In this document: positions 47,063-57,380 of the stretch, one piece after another
How the letters are laid out: the number at the start of each line of letters is the position of its first letter
Numbering within the stretch: the first letter of the stretch is position 1
Sequence record: NC_019538.1
Length of the DNA: 64,000 bases
Direction: 5' to 3' (one strand)
Made by a program: the position numbers and the translations under genes
Notes under the pieces: generated by a model
Seen by the model: the letters and a program-made list of their open reading frames with translations, nothing else
The model's database searches: none
Told to the model about the DNA's origin: nothing

Positions 47063-49200
47063 TATTCTACCCTTAGCCATCTATGGGCGGTGGTTGTAGG
47101 TTGGATCACAGAGAACGGGTTTACTGTTTCGTTTGGTCTGGTATAGACATAATCCTCTCTGTATTTCTTATAACCCGGACCACTCTCGTCTGGGTCGTAT
47201 TGACACCCACCAACAAGAACATCACCATTCGGATCTGCAATAAGCGCCTTTTCCGTGCTTTTTGTTCCGGGGGTGTTATCAACCGCAAGGGTTACGTCGT
47301 TTTCACCAAAAATACTACCGGCACTGTGTCTTGGTTGTCCGTTAATATCCAAATCTTGGTTATTCAGACCGTATATCGGGTCGTTTGGATTCTGACTATT
47401 CCACCCAGCAACAACCTTACCCTCTGCCCAACGAACCCAAGTACCAATCCCCATATAGGTTGCTGGGTTGTTCGGGTTATGTGCGTTTTCGTAGATAGTA
47501 CCAACTGGATAAAACATATCAAACAGCATTGCAATAGAGTTTGCAGGAACGTTGATCAAATCGTTAGGATCTGGTTGTACTGTCTTTGGGGTTGGATTGA
47601 AAGGATCGGAATATCTAATTTTCCCGGTCAAAGTAACAGGAACAGTATTGATATACTTTTTGTCTGTCTCTTTGATAATATCGTCAAGTTCAAGCAACGA
47701 ACCAATATCATTATTAAACCAACGAATCGTAATAACGTCTTCATGGTTGAACGGTTCGTTCACCACGATATCACGCATATAACCGTTCTCATCTTCGATA
47801 GGTCCAAAATCAACACCGGTAGGAACCCAAACACCACCATTAGCAATACAAGATTCTTGAGTTAAGCTATCCGCACCTTCACAAGTAAAAAACGGTATAT
47901 CGCCCTGTCCAGATTTAACCAATTGACGACCGTTGACAATCATCTCTAGAGTTTTTGGGTTAAAAGTCTCACTCGGTTGGAAGCCGAATTCGGAAAGGTT
48001 GAATCTAAATTTAGCAGACAGATCACCAACAAACCGACGTCCAGTTTCAGAAACATAATCAACAGGAACATATTGATCAGAATAAACCCGAATAGTCGCA
48101 GTTTCGTAAGAACTTCTATATGTAGCCAAACCATCTAAGAAAGTTTCGATAACAACAACATCACCAGCTTCACATGGCTTTTCTAGCTTAATGGTATATC
48201 CATCAAGGTCTGTTATTTTACTAACACCAACATAGTATGAAAATTTTGTTGCTATTTTCATTTGAGCTAGAATGTCGGGGGTTTCATTCACAGAAACATA
48301 TTCGCTGGTCAGTTTATCAAATTTCATGAGGTATGTTTTATCGTTATAAACACACACCAGACGGTCTTCGTTAAGTGGTTTCTTATTAAGGTCGAATTTT
48401 ATGTATGTCTTTTTATCAGATTCTTTAGAATAGAAAGATACTACAGTATTCCCTTCAACTGTTCCAAACCTAGTTCCCTTACCAACAATAGTACCCCATC
48501 TATCGCTATCGATTTTTACCGGGTTAATATCAATCTTGGCTGGGTCTGCAACAGTCTTTTGAACAATAGAACCATAGTTTGATTCGGGACCGTATTCCTG
48601 ACCGTAATAAAGAATGTTACCGCGCTTATATACGTTAATCGAGTTTCTGTTATAACCAGACGAGAATATATTTTGAAAATCGGTTTGACCTTCGGTTGCA
48701 ATAAATTCTTTTTTAGCAACGGTTGCTATGTCGTTGGATCTAATTTCACCAACATATTTACTTGGTACATAATCCCAGTTACCGGGAGAGCAATATACAA
48801 GTTCAACGTCCATGAAATTGTTTTCTAATCTGTGTGTACCAGAAGACCCTTTGATGGTATTAAATCCACCGGGAACCAGAATTACAGGGTTTCCGCCCCA
48901 AGTTCCCATTACATCACGAACACGAATAACCTTACCATAATCGGCTGGTGTCCCACTCGGAAGATTGACAGTAATACGACCGGTTGTTGTATTAATTACC
49001 CAAGCCTGACCCATAATAGCTGAGAGAGTTTTTGTGTGGTCGCTATATGGTTTCCATGCACCGGCAGCATGAGGAATGTTACCATCCCCCAAGTTGTAGT
49101 AAAGTTCATTAAAGTTGTCGTTTGTCTTCTGACCACCTTTTCTAAGGTAATCACCGGTTCCGTCATCAACACGATTACCAATAATAATTTGCTGTTTCAT
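47062..49200 (-). CDS. 10: baseplate wedge subunit gp10
   Basis: MKQ.I.IGN.VDDGTGDYLRKGGQK.N.NF.ELYY.LGDG, YPVGTIYEN..NP.NPATYMG.GTW. Confidence 0.95.
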   Translation of the reverse strand: MKQQIIIGNRVDDGTGDYLRKGGQKTNDNFNELYYNLGDGNIPHAAGAWKPYSDHTKTLSAIMGQAWVINTTTGRITVNLPSGTPADYGKVIRVRDVMGTWGGNPVILVPGGFNTIKGSSGTHRLENNFMDVELVYCSPGNWDYVPSKYVGEIRSNDIATVAKKEFIATEGQTDFQNIFSSGYNRNSINVYKRGNILYYGQEYGPESNYGSIVQKTVADPAKIDINPVKIDSDRWGTIVGKGTRFGTVEGNTVVSFYSKESDKKTYIKFDLNKKPLNEDRLVCVYNDKTYLMKFDKLTSEYVSVNETPDILAQMKIATKFSYYVGVSKITDLDGYTIKLEKPCEAGDVVVIETFLDGLATYRSSYETATIRVYSDQYVPVDYVSETGRRFVGDLSAKFRFNLSEFGFQPSETFNPKTLEMIVNGRQLVKSGQGDIPFFTCEGADSLTQESCIANGGVWVPTGVDFGPIEDENGYMRDIVVNEPFNHEDVITIRWFNNDIGSLLELDDIIKETDKKYINTVPVTLTGKIRYSDPFNPTPKTVQPDPNDLINVPANSIAMLFDMFYPVGTIYENAHNPNNPATYMGIGTWVRWAEGKVVAGWNSQNPNDPIYGLNNQDLDINGQPRHSAGSIFGENDVTLAVDNTPGTKSTEKALIADPNGDVLVGGCQYDPDESGPGYKKYREDYVYTRPNETVNPFSVIQPTTTAHRWLRVE

Positions 49201-49202
49201 TT

Positions 49203-50129
49203 TTATGCCCCAATTGCATCGATAGATTTGATATATACGTCTATCGTTGACTGACTAATGTTTTTTATGGTCAGTAAAACAGAATTACCTGTGATGCTAT
49301 AAGAAGCTTCGAATAAAAGGTTTTCTTCCGCTTTATCTGGTGTTTTGGTTCGCAGTCTGGCGTATTCAGTAGAATAAACTTTGGTATCTGCGGTACTGGT
49401 ATTATTTACCATCAGTAAAGTTTCGCATGATTCTTGAAGGGCACCAACACCACGTTGAGTAACAAAGACCATGTGTTTAACGGCGTTGAATTGTGGCTTA
49501 CTAAACAAAACTACGTTTCGGTCAGCACCAACAGCAATCCCAGTAATAGTGGCGCTATATGAAGTTGCAGAATCGCCATAAATCGATTCAAGCTTATAGT
49601 TCCATTTCGAACCCGCTGGGCTTGCTTCTGCTACCCATATGGTCAATTTGAAATTGGAACGGTTTACAACCAATCTATTCCCACTAGCACCGATGGTATC
49701 ACCAGAACCACTAGTCCGAATGATCACTTCTTTACCAGCACCAAACCCCACAGAACCGTCTGTATTGACGAATTCTATGCATTCCCCACCATGACCACTA
49801 CCTTGGGGAAGAGTTATAGTAAGGTCTCCTGTACCGTCTCTGATAACAGATAGGTCGTGCATAGAACCAAATTCTACTGGGTTACCAGATGGCTGTTCTG
49901 CCCCCGCATAGTATGCCCGAGTGTGTTTCTGATAATATCCAGTACCATGGAGGGTTTGGACGCGATTACCAAAACCAGAAGTCTTACCAATTCTGTAGTC
50001 CCCGAACACGTTCCAAATACTGTTTATATCTTGGTTTAATTTTAAGCCGCCGTCATGAAGGGTATCACCTGTTCCTTCTTGACCACGGACGCCAGTATCA
50101 ACTAGCTCTTTAGGCTTTTGTACAGACAT
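49203..50129 (-). CDS. 9: long tail fibre connector gp9
   Basis: Q.PK.LVD.G..G..GTGDTL.DGG.KLN.D.N.IWN.FGD.R, HGTGYYQKH. Confidence 0.93.
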   Translation of the reverse strand: MSVQKPKELVDTGVRGQEGTGDTLHDGGLKLNQDINSIWNVFGDYRIGKTSGFGNRVQTLHGTGYYQKHTRAYYAGAEQPSGNPVEFGSMHDLSVIRDGTGDLTITLPQGSGHGGECIEFVNTDGSVGFGAGKEVIIRTSGSGDTIGASGNRLVVNRSNFKLTIWVAEASPAGSKWNYKLESIYGDSATSYSATITGIAVGADRNVVLFSKPQFNAVKHMVFVTQRGVGALQESCETLLMVNNTSTADTKVYSTEYARLRTKTPDKAEENLLFEASYSITGNSVLLTIKNISQSTIDVYIKSIDAIGA

Positions 50130-50178
50130 TATTTTATATCCTTTATTTTATAGGGTTCACCCTTGTATTTAGGAGAAA

Positions 50179-50208
50179 ATAAAAAACCCGACCTGACGGT
50201 CGGGTTTT
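50179..50208 (-). terminator. terminator after gene 8
   Basis: AAAAAACCCGACC-tgac-GGTCGGGTTTTT; gene 9 late promoter CCTAAATA follows at 50166-73. Confidence 0.8.
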
Positions 50209-51192
50209 TTAGAAACTAAACACCACGTTAAATTCTTCCGTTTGATCTCTAGAACGAATTACCGGTTGTCTATTATCCATATAGATAACATTACCGCTAT
50301 GTCTTTCTAGTTGTGACGGATCGTAACTGAGTGCAGTTGCTTTTACATCTGGGTCCGCTGGTGTATTTTTCACCAACAGTGGGTTGTTTATAATTCCCAT
50401 CTGTCGAAAACCAGTGTTACCTATTTTACTAGATGCTGGGAAATTATAACTGTCGAAATAAGACCTAAACCTAAGTGTATTACATTTTATCCTACCAATT
50501 AGGTTATAATCATTTGGATACCAAGTTATAACATGTTGGTATCCCCACACATCGGGAGATGTTTTTAGTTCATCGGGGGTTGGCACTACGATATATTCAT
50601 TTGAACAATCGTTTATTGCAACGTCGGTTGGTATTGTGTATAGATATTCCCATATATAACCATCTTGCATGTTTACGCCATCAGAACGTCCAATCGGGAG
50701 TATGCTGAATATTGATGGAGTCCATTTACCACCAACTTTCAAACACTCTTCCTTGTCTTTAATGGTTTGAATCGAACACATACCATCTGATGGTACATCG
50801 ACACAACGATAAACCATCCACCCAGACCCAATTTCAGTTGTGTTATATGGTGCTGAGTTGGTAACTACAATGTCACCGATATGGAAAGTGTATGGGTCTG
50901 CATATCTCTGGTCACCCCAATCTTTACGAGGCACCACCGGACGGATAAGTTCTTTTTGGATCTTAACTGCTCCGAGCATCCTAGACCAAATATCCGAATA
51001 CCCCTCCGATGTATCGTCAGGATATGGCGGTGCAAATTTTGGATCCGACTCGTTATCCGCCCATGCTTCACTTCTTCCGAAATATGCATAGAGGGTATTT
51101 TGTGTATTACCATCTCCGATAAGAGAATAAAAGTTTAAAAGGTTAGCGACCCGAAAGTCGCTAGTAACCATTGCTCTATAAATCACTGACAT
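50209..51192 (-). CDS. 8: baseplate wedge subunit gp8
   Basis: IYRAMVTS.FR..NLLNFY, FGRSE.W.DNE.D..FAPPYP.D, DGYIWEYLY.IP, NRQP..RS.DQTEE. Confidence 0.96.
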   Translation of the reverse strand: MSVIYRAMVTSDFRVANLLNFYSLIGDGNTQNTLYAYFGRSEAWADNESDPKFAPPYPDDTSEGYSDIWSRMLGAVKIQKELIRPVVPRKDWGDQRYADPYTFHIGDIVVTNSAPYNTTEIGSGWMVYRCVDVPSDGMCSIQTIKDKEECLKVGGKWTPSIFSILPIGRSDGVNMQDGYIWEYLYTIPTDVAINDCSNEYIVVPTPDELKTSPDVWGYQHVITWYPNDYNLIGRIKCNTLRFRSYFDSYNFPASSKIGNTGFRQMGIINNPLLVKNTPADPDVKATALSYDPSQLERHSGNVIYMDNRQPVIRSRDQTEEFNVVFSF

Positions 51193-53879
51193 TATTGTTC
51201 TACCTTAACTTGGGTAGGCGGTACTGGCACAAGGAGTTTACTTACATCACGAGGATTGCCTATATCATCCTTAAGCCGTTTTTCTGACAACCGTTTAAGG
51301 TCAGAATACCTACTACTGAAATCGCTAAACAAGGGACTACCATCAAGCCTACGCGCCGATGGGGTATAAACAACACCGTCAACAGTCCAATTTTGTTCAT
51401 CTTGGTCATAATTTCTGACCTCAAATACATTACCGGTACTTGTATCAATTGCGTTATTCCACTCAGACACATCAAATGGCGTTTGTGGTTGTTCCACTTC
51501 CATTAATTCCCCTGTTATCGGGTCGAATAGAGGTACTGGATCTGTAAACGAACCATTGGGGTCTGGTACTGTTCTATATTTAGGGGTTAGGCTAGGTAAA
51601 CCTGAATCCCACCGATATGATTTATTTATATCGACGATAGTCTCTATGTGTTTCATAGAAATACCACCGTTAACCATAACAGTTAGTAGAGTAATACCAA
51701 CAAATCCAAATCCAACTGGATGAACAAACCGAATAACATCATCCTTATATCGAGATGTGTTCAATTCAGAACGAATTCTCATCATATAGTAAGATCTGTT
51801 TCTGTTTATATAATCTATGTCGGAATATGCCAGCTCTTTACCCTTAACTCCCCGCGTGACTTCACCAACAAAAGAACTTGATTCAGATTTTATTTCTTGC
51901 CCAACTTCCAACTTACCAATAAGGTTATGAATCGTTATTTTCCATCTTAACTGACCATCAACAAACTGACGCTCAATATAGGTAACGTTGGCTCGACCAG
52001 TTTTGGTAAATATCGTTCTTCCAACAAGATCAGTACTGATATTAGACGACTTAACCAGTATATCATAATCTATCCCAACTTGAGATTCGATTTCAATATC
52101 TACATCGGCATCATATAGCAGTTTGAACAAGAACTTATAACTATCCAGAGTTCCCTTTGAGCTATAAAAGTTATTGGCGTTAGCTTCGAAGAATTTAACA
52201 ACCTCATCTCTCTTGTTTTGGTCTAGATATATATTCCGTCTTCTCATCTCAGACCACAAAAATACGAAAGAATCTTTTTCTCTCGGGTATTTCAGTTTGA
52301 TGAAATTGAGAAGCTTGCCATACATCGAATCAGTACCATCAGATAGGAATTGAAGATAATATTCAGCAAACTTAGAGTAATTTGAATCATTGAAATAATG
52401 TTCAGGCCCCATAATTCTCAACATAGGTGCGATATTTGGGTCAATAATTCCTGTATCATCCTTCTTCTCTTCAACAACTTCTCTTTCTTGGTTTATCAAA
52501 GAAGCTTGCAACGCGATATATTCTGGTCTCCAAAATACAGATGCTTCGTCTCTAACACGATAAGGGAACTCATAGTATCCAAATATCTCTCCACCAAGAC
52601 CATTCTCTCTATTATAAGCAGTATGGATCAAAATACCGTTACAATACTTACTAAAGTTTTTGAAATTGATATTGTTCAGATAAAATTTTACAGAACCTTT
52701 ATTCCAAACTTCTTTGTTATATACCCGTGTAGGGTCTATGTTATATTGGTATTTGGTGGAAGGTGTTATAAGAACTATTCGGTTTTCATGGTTTTTCCAA
52801 ACCCTCTCCCCAGTCATAGCCATATAATCAAACCCAGCCTCGTTATAATATCTAGCTGGTCTTAAGGAGAAAACATCACCATCTTCGGTTTCCCATTGAT
52901 ACATGAAAACTTTCTTTTCACTAAGATATCCAAAGTCGGAACTGTATTTCACCGCATAGGTCACATCATCCGGGTATTTATTAACGGTATCAAGATCTTC
53001 GATAGTATTGGTGTATTTGTAAGTTGCACCTGATACAAATAATTTAGTACCATCAACACTCATATCTGAATATTTGTGTTCGATATTATACCGTTCATCC
53101 TCGGTATTCCCAAATACTCTTTCCCATGAACCACCATCCGGAACAGAAGGCTTTACTATCTGTCCATCTTCTTGGTAAAGGTCAAAAATATTAGGATAGG
53201 CAAAATCGTCAACAAACCGACTATATTTCACCGGGTCTACTATCTTTTGTACAGGGTCAGAATAGATATCAGCAATAAACTCAAATGAGTCGTGGCTATC
53301 ACTTGGTACAAAGTTGACTTTCATTTGCATTCCATGGGTTCTACCTTGGAATATCCTAGATTCCCATCGTGTAGAAACTTTACCAACGTGTGTACCGTCA
53401 GGAAGGAAAGTCACCATCTCACGACCAACGTCAATACCATTGATAAAACTAATATCTTCTGCTGGGTCGGAGAAGTTCATATTCCCCAACATAAAATCTT
53501 CTTTCTTGTATTTTTCGTTGAGACGATATACACCAGAATATGTAGATTTCTTTACGTTTTTCGGATCTCTTTTATCTTTCCCTGCGTCTACTTCACCGGA
53601 TACCAGCGCATAACAAACCTCGTTAAGCACATCCATTTTCTTAACTACTACGTTTGGATTATCACAGATCGTAAAGACTTCCGGATCCCATATGATATTA
53701 CCTTCATTATCGGTTGGGCCACCAGATACACGTATACGTCTAGCAACACCATTTGCAGAGGCATATAGCCACATATTAGAGGACGTTTGAGCTTCTACTT
53801 TTCTTCTGATGTCGTCGGGGTACTTGGCAAAAGTCCCAAAGAACATAGTAGGAAATGGGATAGACGAATCAGTATCCAT
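51192..53879 (-). CDS. 7: baseplate wedge initiator gp7, C-terminal part (frame continues upstream to about 53957)
   Basis: W.RVFGNTE.ER, FYSSKGT..SYKFLFK, FVHPVGFGF, RLKDDIGNPRD; no SD before ATG 53879. Confidence 0.9.
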   Translation of the reverse strand: MDTDSSIPFPTMFFGTFAKYPDDIRRKVEAQTSSNMWLYASANGVARRIRVSGGPTDNEGNIIWDPEVFTICDNPNVVVKKMDVLNEVCYALVSGEVDAGKDKRDPKNVKKSTYSGVYRLNEKYKKEDFMLGNMNFSDPAEDISFINGIDVGREMVTFLPDGTHVGKVSTRWESRIFQGRTHGMQMKVNFVPSDSHDSFEFIADIYSDPVQKIVDPVKYSRFVDDFAYPNIFDLYQEDGQIVKPSVPDGGSWERVFGNTEDERYNIEHKYSDMSVDGTKLFVSGATYKYTNTIEDLDTVNKYPDDVTYAVKYSSDFGYLSEKKVFMYQWETEDGDVFSLRPARYYNEAGFDYMAMTGERVWKNHENRIVLITPSTKYQYNIDPTRVYNKEVWNKGSVKFYLNNINFKNFSKYCNGILIHTAYNRENGLGGEIFGYYEFPYRVRDEASVFWRPEYIALQASLINQEREVVEEKKDDTGIIDPNIAPMLRIMGPEHYFNDSNYSKFAEYYLQFLSDGTDSMYGKLLNFIKLKYPREKDSFVFLWSEMRRRNIYLDQNKRDEVVKFFEANANNFYSSKGTLDSYKFLFKLLYDADVDIEIESQVGIDYDILVKSSNISTDLVGRTIFTKTGRANVTYIERQFVDGQLRWKITIHNLIGKLEVGQEIKSESSSFVGEVTRGVKGKELAYSDIDYINRNRSYYMMRIRSELNTSRYKDDVIRFVHPVGFGFVGITLLTVMVNGGISMKHIETIVDINKSYRWDSGLPSLTPKYRTVPDPNGSFTDPVPLFDPITGELMEVEQPQTPFDVSEWNNAIDTSTGNVFEVRNYDQDEQNWTVDGVVYTPSARRLDGSPLFSDFSSRYSDLKRLSEKRLKDDIGNPRDVSKLLVPVPPTQVKVEQ

Positions 53880-53932
53880 CTTAACAAATGTAAGCTGATC
53901 ATCAGACCAAAAATGAAGATCTGAGCTAAATC

Positions 53933-54694
53933 TTACTTCATCAACGTTTCGTCCATAAAAGCAAAATCATATCCAAGAAGGAAAGATGTATTCCTGTTTT
54001 GGCTCATTACGGTATTACCGGTTGGATATCCAACACGGTCAGAAATAGCTTGGTAGTAATACCAGTTCTGCCCACCGTCGTTAGTTACCTTACAGTAGTT
54101 TTGATATTTTTCAAATGCATATACAACACGGCGATTCGCACCAAGGTAAACACTATTAATATCCCGACAAATTTTTGATACAGAACCCAAAATCTCATGA
54201 TATTCGTCGTCGCTAGTAACAAAGTTTTCTATATTTGTGACGTTCGAGATGCTAGGGTCATATATAAAGTTTTCATTCATCAAACTAGCCTGAATTACAT
54301 CACTATTGAGGTTGATATAATCCATCTTGTTTTTATGCAACTTCATATCAATAAACTTAAACGACGGAATGAATTTCTCCATGGTAGATATTTGATATGC
54401 GTTTGTTGTGAATGATTCGATTACATCACTAACAACCCAATCAGACGGCTCCAAACCGGGATGAGTTGTAGATATTCTAAATTTATATTTTGTATCTGGG
54501 ATGAGAGATGAACTGAAAAATTCGGGGGAATATTCCACCCCCAATTGTGTCCAACTATCTACCCCAGTACCTGAAACGATGGTGTATTCGACAATATAAA
54601 AATAGTTCGAACCTACATCATCCCATTTTAGGTGAACGAAGTTCGCGCCGAGCATGGCGACGCGAAGACTTGTTATTGTTGGAGCTTTTATCAT
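53933..54694 (-). CDS. 7: baseplate wedge initiator gp7, N-terminal part (frameshifted)
   Basis: KAP..TSLR...L.AN.V...WDDVG.N.FY.VE, RVGYP...TV..Q..NT..LLGYD; homology passes to the -1 frame at AF/YGR. Confidence 0.9.
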   Translation of the reverse strand: MIKAPTITSLRVAMLGANFVHLKWDDVGSNYFYIVEYTIVSGTGVDSWTQLGVEYSPEFFSSSLIPDTKYKFRISTTHPGLEPSDWVVSDVIESFTTNAYQISTMEKFIPSFKFIDMKLHKNKMDYINLNSDVIQASLMNENFIYDPSISNVTNIENFVTSDDEYHEILGSVSKICRDINSVYLGANRRVVYAFEKYQNYCKVTNDGGQNWYYYQAISDRVGYPTGNTVMSQNRNTSFLLGYDFAFMDETLMK

Positions 54695-54696
54695 TT

Positions 54697-56652
54697 TTAA
54701 ATTACCACCGAGTTCATTTCAATTGTTGTGTATTGAGGACGTAGGTTATTCTCAAAAACGATCAATGTGCCATCCGACGGGAATATATTAAGTGAAGTTG
54801 GTTCACTATGTAATTCAATATATGCCGCAATAAACTGATCTGGGTCTTTATTGAGAACACCAAGGTCAAATGTGATTTGGTCTATTTCATAATTTATAGA
54901 CCCAACTACATAGTATTTACTGCGCCCATCAATTACTTTCCTGTCAAAGTCGCTTCCGGTATATTCTTGAACACCGGATATATGACCAGCAGCAAAGGGT
55001 CCAACCAACATCAATCCAGTATTTACACTGTGTACACCAGACGGATCAGGAATATCGTTCTTCTTAGTACCAACATAATGAACATCATAACTTGTTGTTG
55101 TGTTATGGATATATTTTATTTCGGTGCTATAGATAGAACCTTCAACTAGGTCGTTATTGTACTGGATACCATTCATAGGACTAACTAGATAGTTGTCGAT
55201 TTCTCGAACAAGTCCAATTTTTGTTTCCGTACCAAGAATAGACACATCAGTATTATCAATACGACTGTTCATTTTTGATGTATAGAAACCAGCATTGAAG
55301 ATTTCAACCTCTTCCGTATAATAACGGTCTATGGAATTCAAGATCTGACCTTGTAACCATTCTTCGGTTTGTGGGAGCTGGTTTATTGCGTAGGTAACCT
55401 TGGCATTGGTTTTCACATACATATAATTTGGACTATGAACAACCGGTGTGATCGTACTAACGTTAAACGGTCTCAGATAGTTTTGGATGTCTTCTTTCTG
55501 AACAGTAGTCAGATATAAACCATCTTGAGGCTTTATCGCAATGAATGCATAACCCGGCTTTTCCGGGTTGGTATAACACTGGATAGCCTGAACAATGTTA
55601 CCGAACCGACTGGATATGAAAGTTTCGTAATCGGAAGCAGTAACACAACGACGCTGTGTCTCTCTCATTACCGGGCCTAGTGAACGAATACGTTCTATAT
55701 CCTCAACTTCACCACCACCAATAGATCCAACATAATTCACATCGTTGATTCCGTCAGGATGAGTTGGGTTTTCTCTGATCTCTTCAACAACCAAGTTAGG
55801 AATTGTATCAACATAATCAAAACCACGAGAACCGTTAGCGGCGGTTCCTTTGGTGCTTATGTATTCCAAAACGATGGTATCACCTACAGAAGGCTTTAAA
55901 CCACCAACGTAGTTACTGCGGAGCATACCGTTAGTATCAACGGTAGAGTCGCCTTCCCCGAAATATATTTCAGTGAAGCTATCAATTGTTTCTCGTTGAT
56001 AAAAAACAGTCGAAGTACCACCAACACGAACAATCGGTTTATTAGACCAGTCTTCCCATTTAGCCCCGTTCACATAAACGTTAACATATCTACGGTCAAT
56101 ATTTGGATCCTGAATTACAATAGTTCCATCCTGACCAAACGTCATTTGGTTTCTGATAATTCTACCCTGAACTAAGTTAAGATCGGTAATGTATCGTTTA
56201 TCTATACCACGTATTACCTCAACATCTTCCCAAGTGACATAATCATAAAATTCAACTTCTTCAATAGAAGCGGTAAATTTAGTACCCTTCGGAATTGTAA
56301 TAGAACGAGGACTACTATCAATCGGGCTATAATACGCTTGGATCTGTATCATATTAGTACTAGCACTCATACCCCAAGGCATATACCCATTGTCTTGTGC
56401 GTGTTGAACCACAGAAGAACGAAGGCGGGCTGTTTGGTTATACCCTTCAAATAAAGCCCCGTTTGCAAATTGCTGATGATACAGCATAGCATAAGCCATC
56501 GATTCAATTAGAACAGTCAATCTTGACCCTTCAAAATCATAATCTTTAAATTCATATTGGTTTTTAAAGAAATCCCGCAATCTGGTTTTGAAACCTTCAA
56601 AGGTACTCTCTTTGAATACGTTGGGGATTTCAACTGAGTTAATATTAGCCAT
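54697..56652 (-). CDS. 6: baseplate wedge subunit gp6
   Basis: F.DYDFEGSRL, TA.LRSSVVQ.AQD.GY.P, ETQRRCVTASDYE, FENNLRPQYT. Confidence 0.96.
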   Translation of the reverse strand: MANINSVEIPNVFKESTFEGFKTRLRDFFKNQYEFKDYDFEGSRLTVLIESMAYAMLYHQQFANGALFEGYNQTARLRSSVVQHAQDNGYMPWGMSASTNMIQIQAYYSPIDSSPRSITIPKGTKFTASIEEVEFYDYVTWEDVEVIRGIDKRYITDLNLVQGRIIRNQMTFGQDGTIVIQDPNIDRRYVNVYVNGAKWEDWSNKPIVRVGGTSTVFYQRETIDSFTEIYFGEGDSTVDTNGMLRSNYVGGLKPSVGDTIVLEYISTKGTAANGSRGFDYVDTIPNLVVEEIRENPTHPDGINDVNYVGSIGGGEVEDIERIRSLGPVMRETQRRCVTASDYETFISSRFGNIVQAIQCYTNPEKPGYAFIAIKPQDGLYLTTVQKEDIQNYLRPFNVSTITPVVHSPNYMYVKTNAKVTYAINQLPQTEEWLQGQILNSIDRYYTEEVEIFNAGFYTSKMNSRIDNTDVSILGTETKIGLVREIDNYLVSPMNGIQYNNDLVEGSIYSTEIKYIHNTTTSYDVHYVGTKKNDIPDPSGVHSVNTGLMLVGPFAAGHISGVQEYTGSDFDRKVIDGRSKYYVVGSINYEIDQITFDLGVLNKDPDQFIAAYIELHSEPTSLNIFPSDGTLIVFENNLRPQYTTIEMNSVVI

Positions 56653-57073
56653 TTGATAGTTCCATTTTTAGTTCAACAACAGTTGATAAATTTGTGATAA
56701 GAGAATAATAAATAGAAACTATATATTCGTTTCTGTCGTATAAAGGAACGACTTGTACCTGCCTCAATTTTACACGAGGTTCATAGTTTCTTATTGCATC
56801 ATATATACTTCGTTCAACTGCACTAGTTGACGCATCATTCATTAATTCAAATAGTTCCGCACTGATATCACAGCCAAAATCAGGATCAAACGGTTTTTCT
56901 CGCTTCCTAGTTGCTATAATACCAGCCATTGACAATTGCACCGCACCGATATTCTGTGTCATAAGAACATCGTTTGTCTTTATATCACGACGAAAATTAG
57001 GGTCTATATCTGTATAATAGACAGTCTTCTCGTTGGTGATAATTTTTAATCTGTTTCCAAAAAATCCAGCCAT
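56645..57073 (-). CDS. 25: baseplate wedge subunit gp25
   Basis: YYTDIDP.F, V..SM.GII.TRK.EKPFDPDFGCD, I..AI.NYEPR; likely ATG 57073 after GAGG. Confidence 0.92.
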   Translation of the reverse strand: MAGFFGNRLKIITNEKTVYYTDIDPNFRRDIKTNDVLMTQNIGAVQLSMAGIIATRKREKPFDPDFGCDISAELFELMNDASTSAVERSIYDAIRNYEPRVKLRQVQVVPLYDRNEYIVSIYYSLITNLSTVVELKMELSNG

Positions 57074-57081
57074 AATAAACC

Positions 57082-57378
57082 TCAAACAACAAATACATTA
57101 GATGAACATTCCACAATAACTTCCCCTTCTGTACAAAGATCTGCTAATTGTGCAACCCGTTTCCCCTCGATGAATACTTTCGCACTACTGGCGATAACAA
57201 GCCCAGACTTCGGACTCGGATCATCACCGGGTTTTATGTGAGTAACCACCCTATCATCTTCTCTAACTAGAATTTGTTTTCCGTTAGCAAATACCGTGGT
57301 TGTGGTTCCAATAACCTGACTTGGTAACCAAGGCCCCGGTCCAACAGTTTTTGCTCCATTTAATACTAAACCTGCCAT
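57082..57378 (-). CDS. 5.4: PAAR-like spike tip gp5.4
   Basis: MAGL...T.G..W.PS.V..T...VF..G..ILV..D, SSAKVF.EGK..AQLAD, SS.VFV match T4 gp5.4. Confidence 0.85.
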   Translation of the reverse strand: MAGLVLNGAKTVGPGPWLPSQVIGTTTTVFANGKQILVREDDRVVTHIKPGDDPSPKSGLVIASSAKVFIEGKRVAQLADLCTEGEVIVECSSNVFVV

Positions 57379-57380
57379 TT

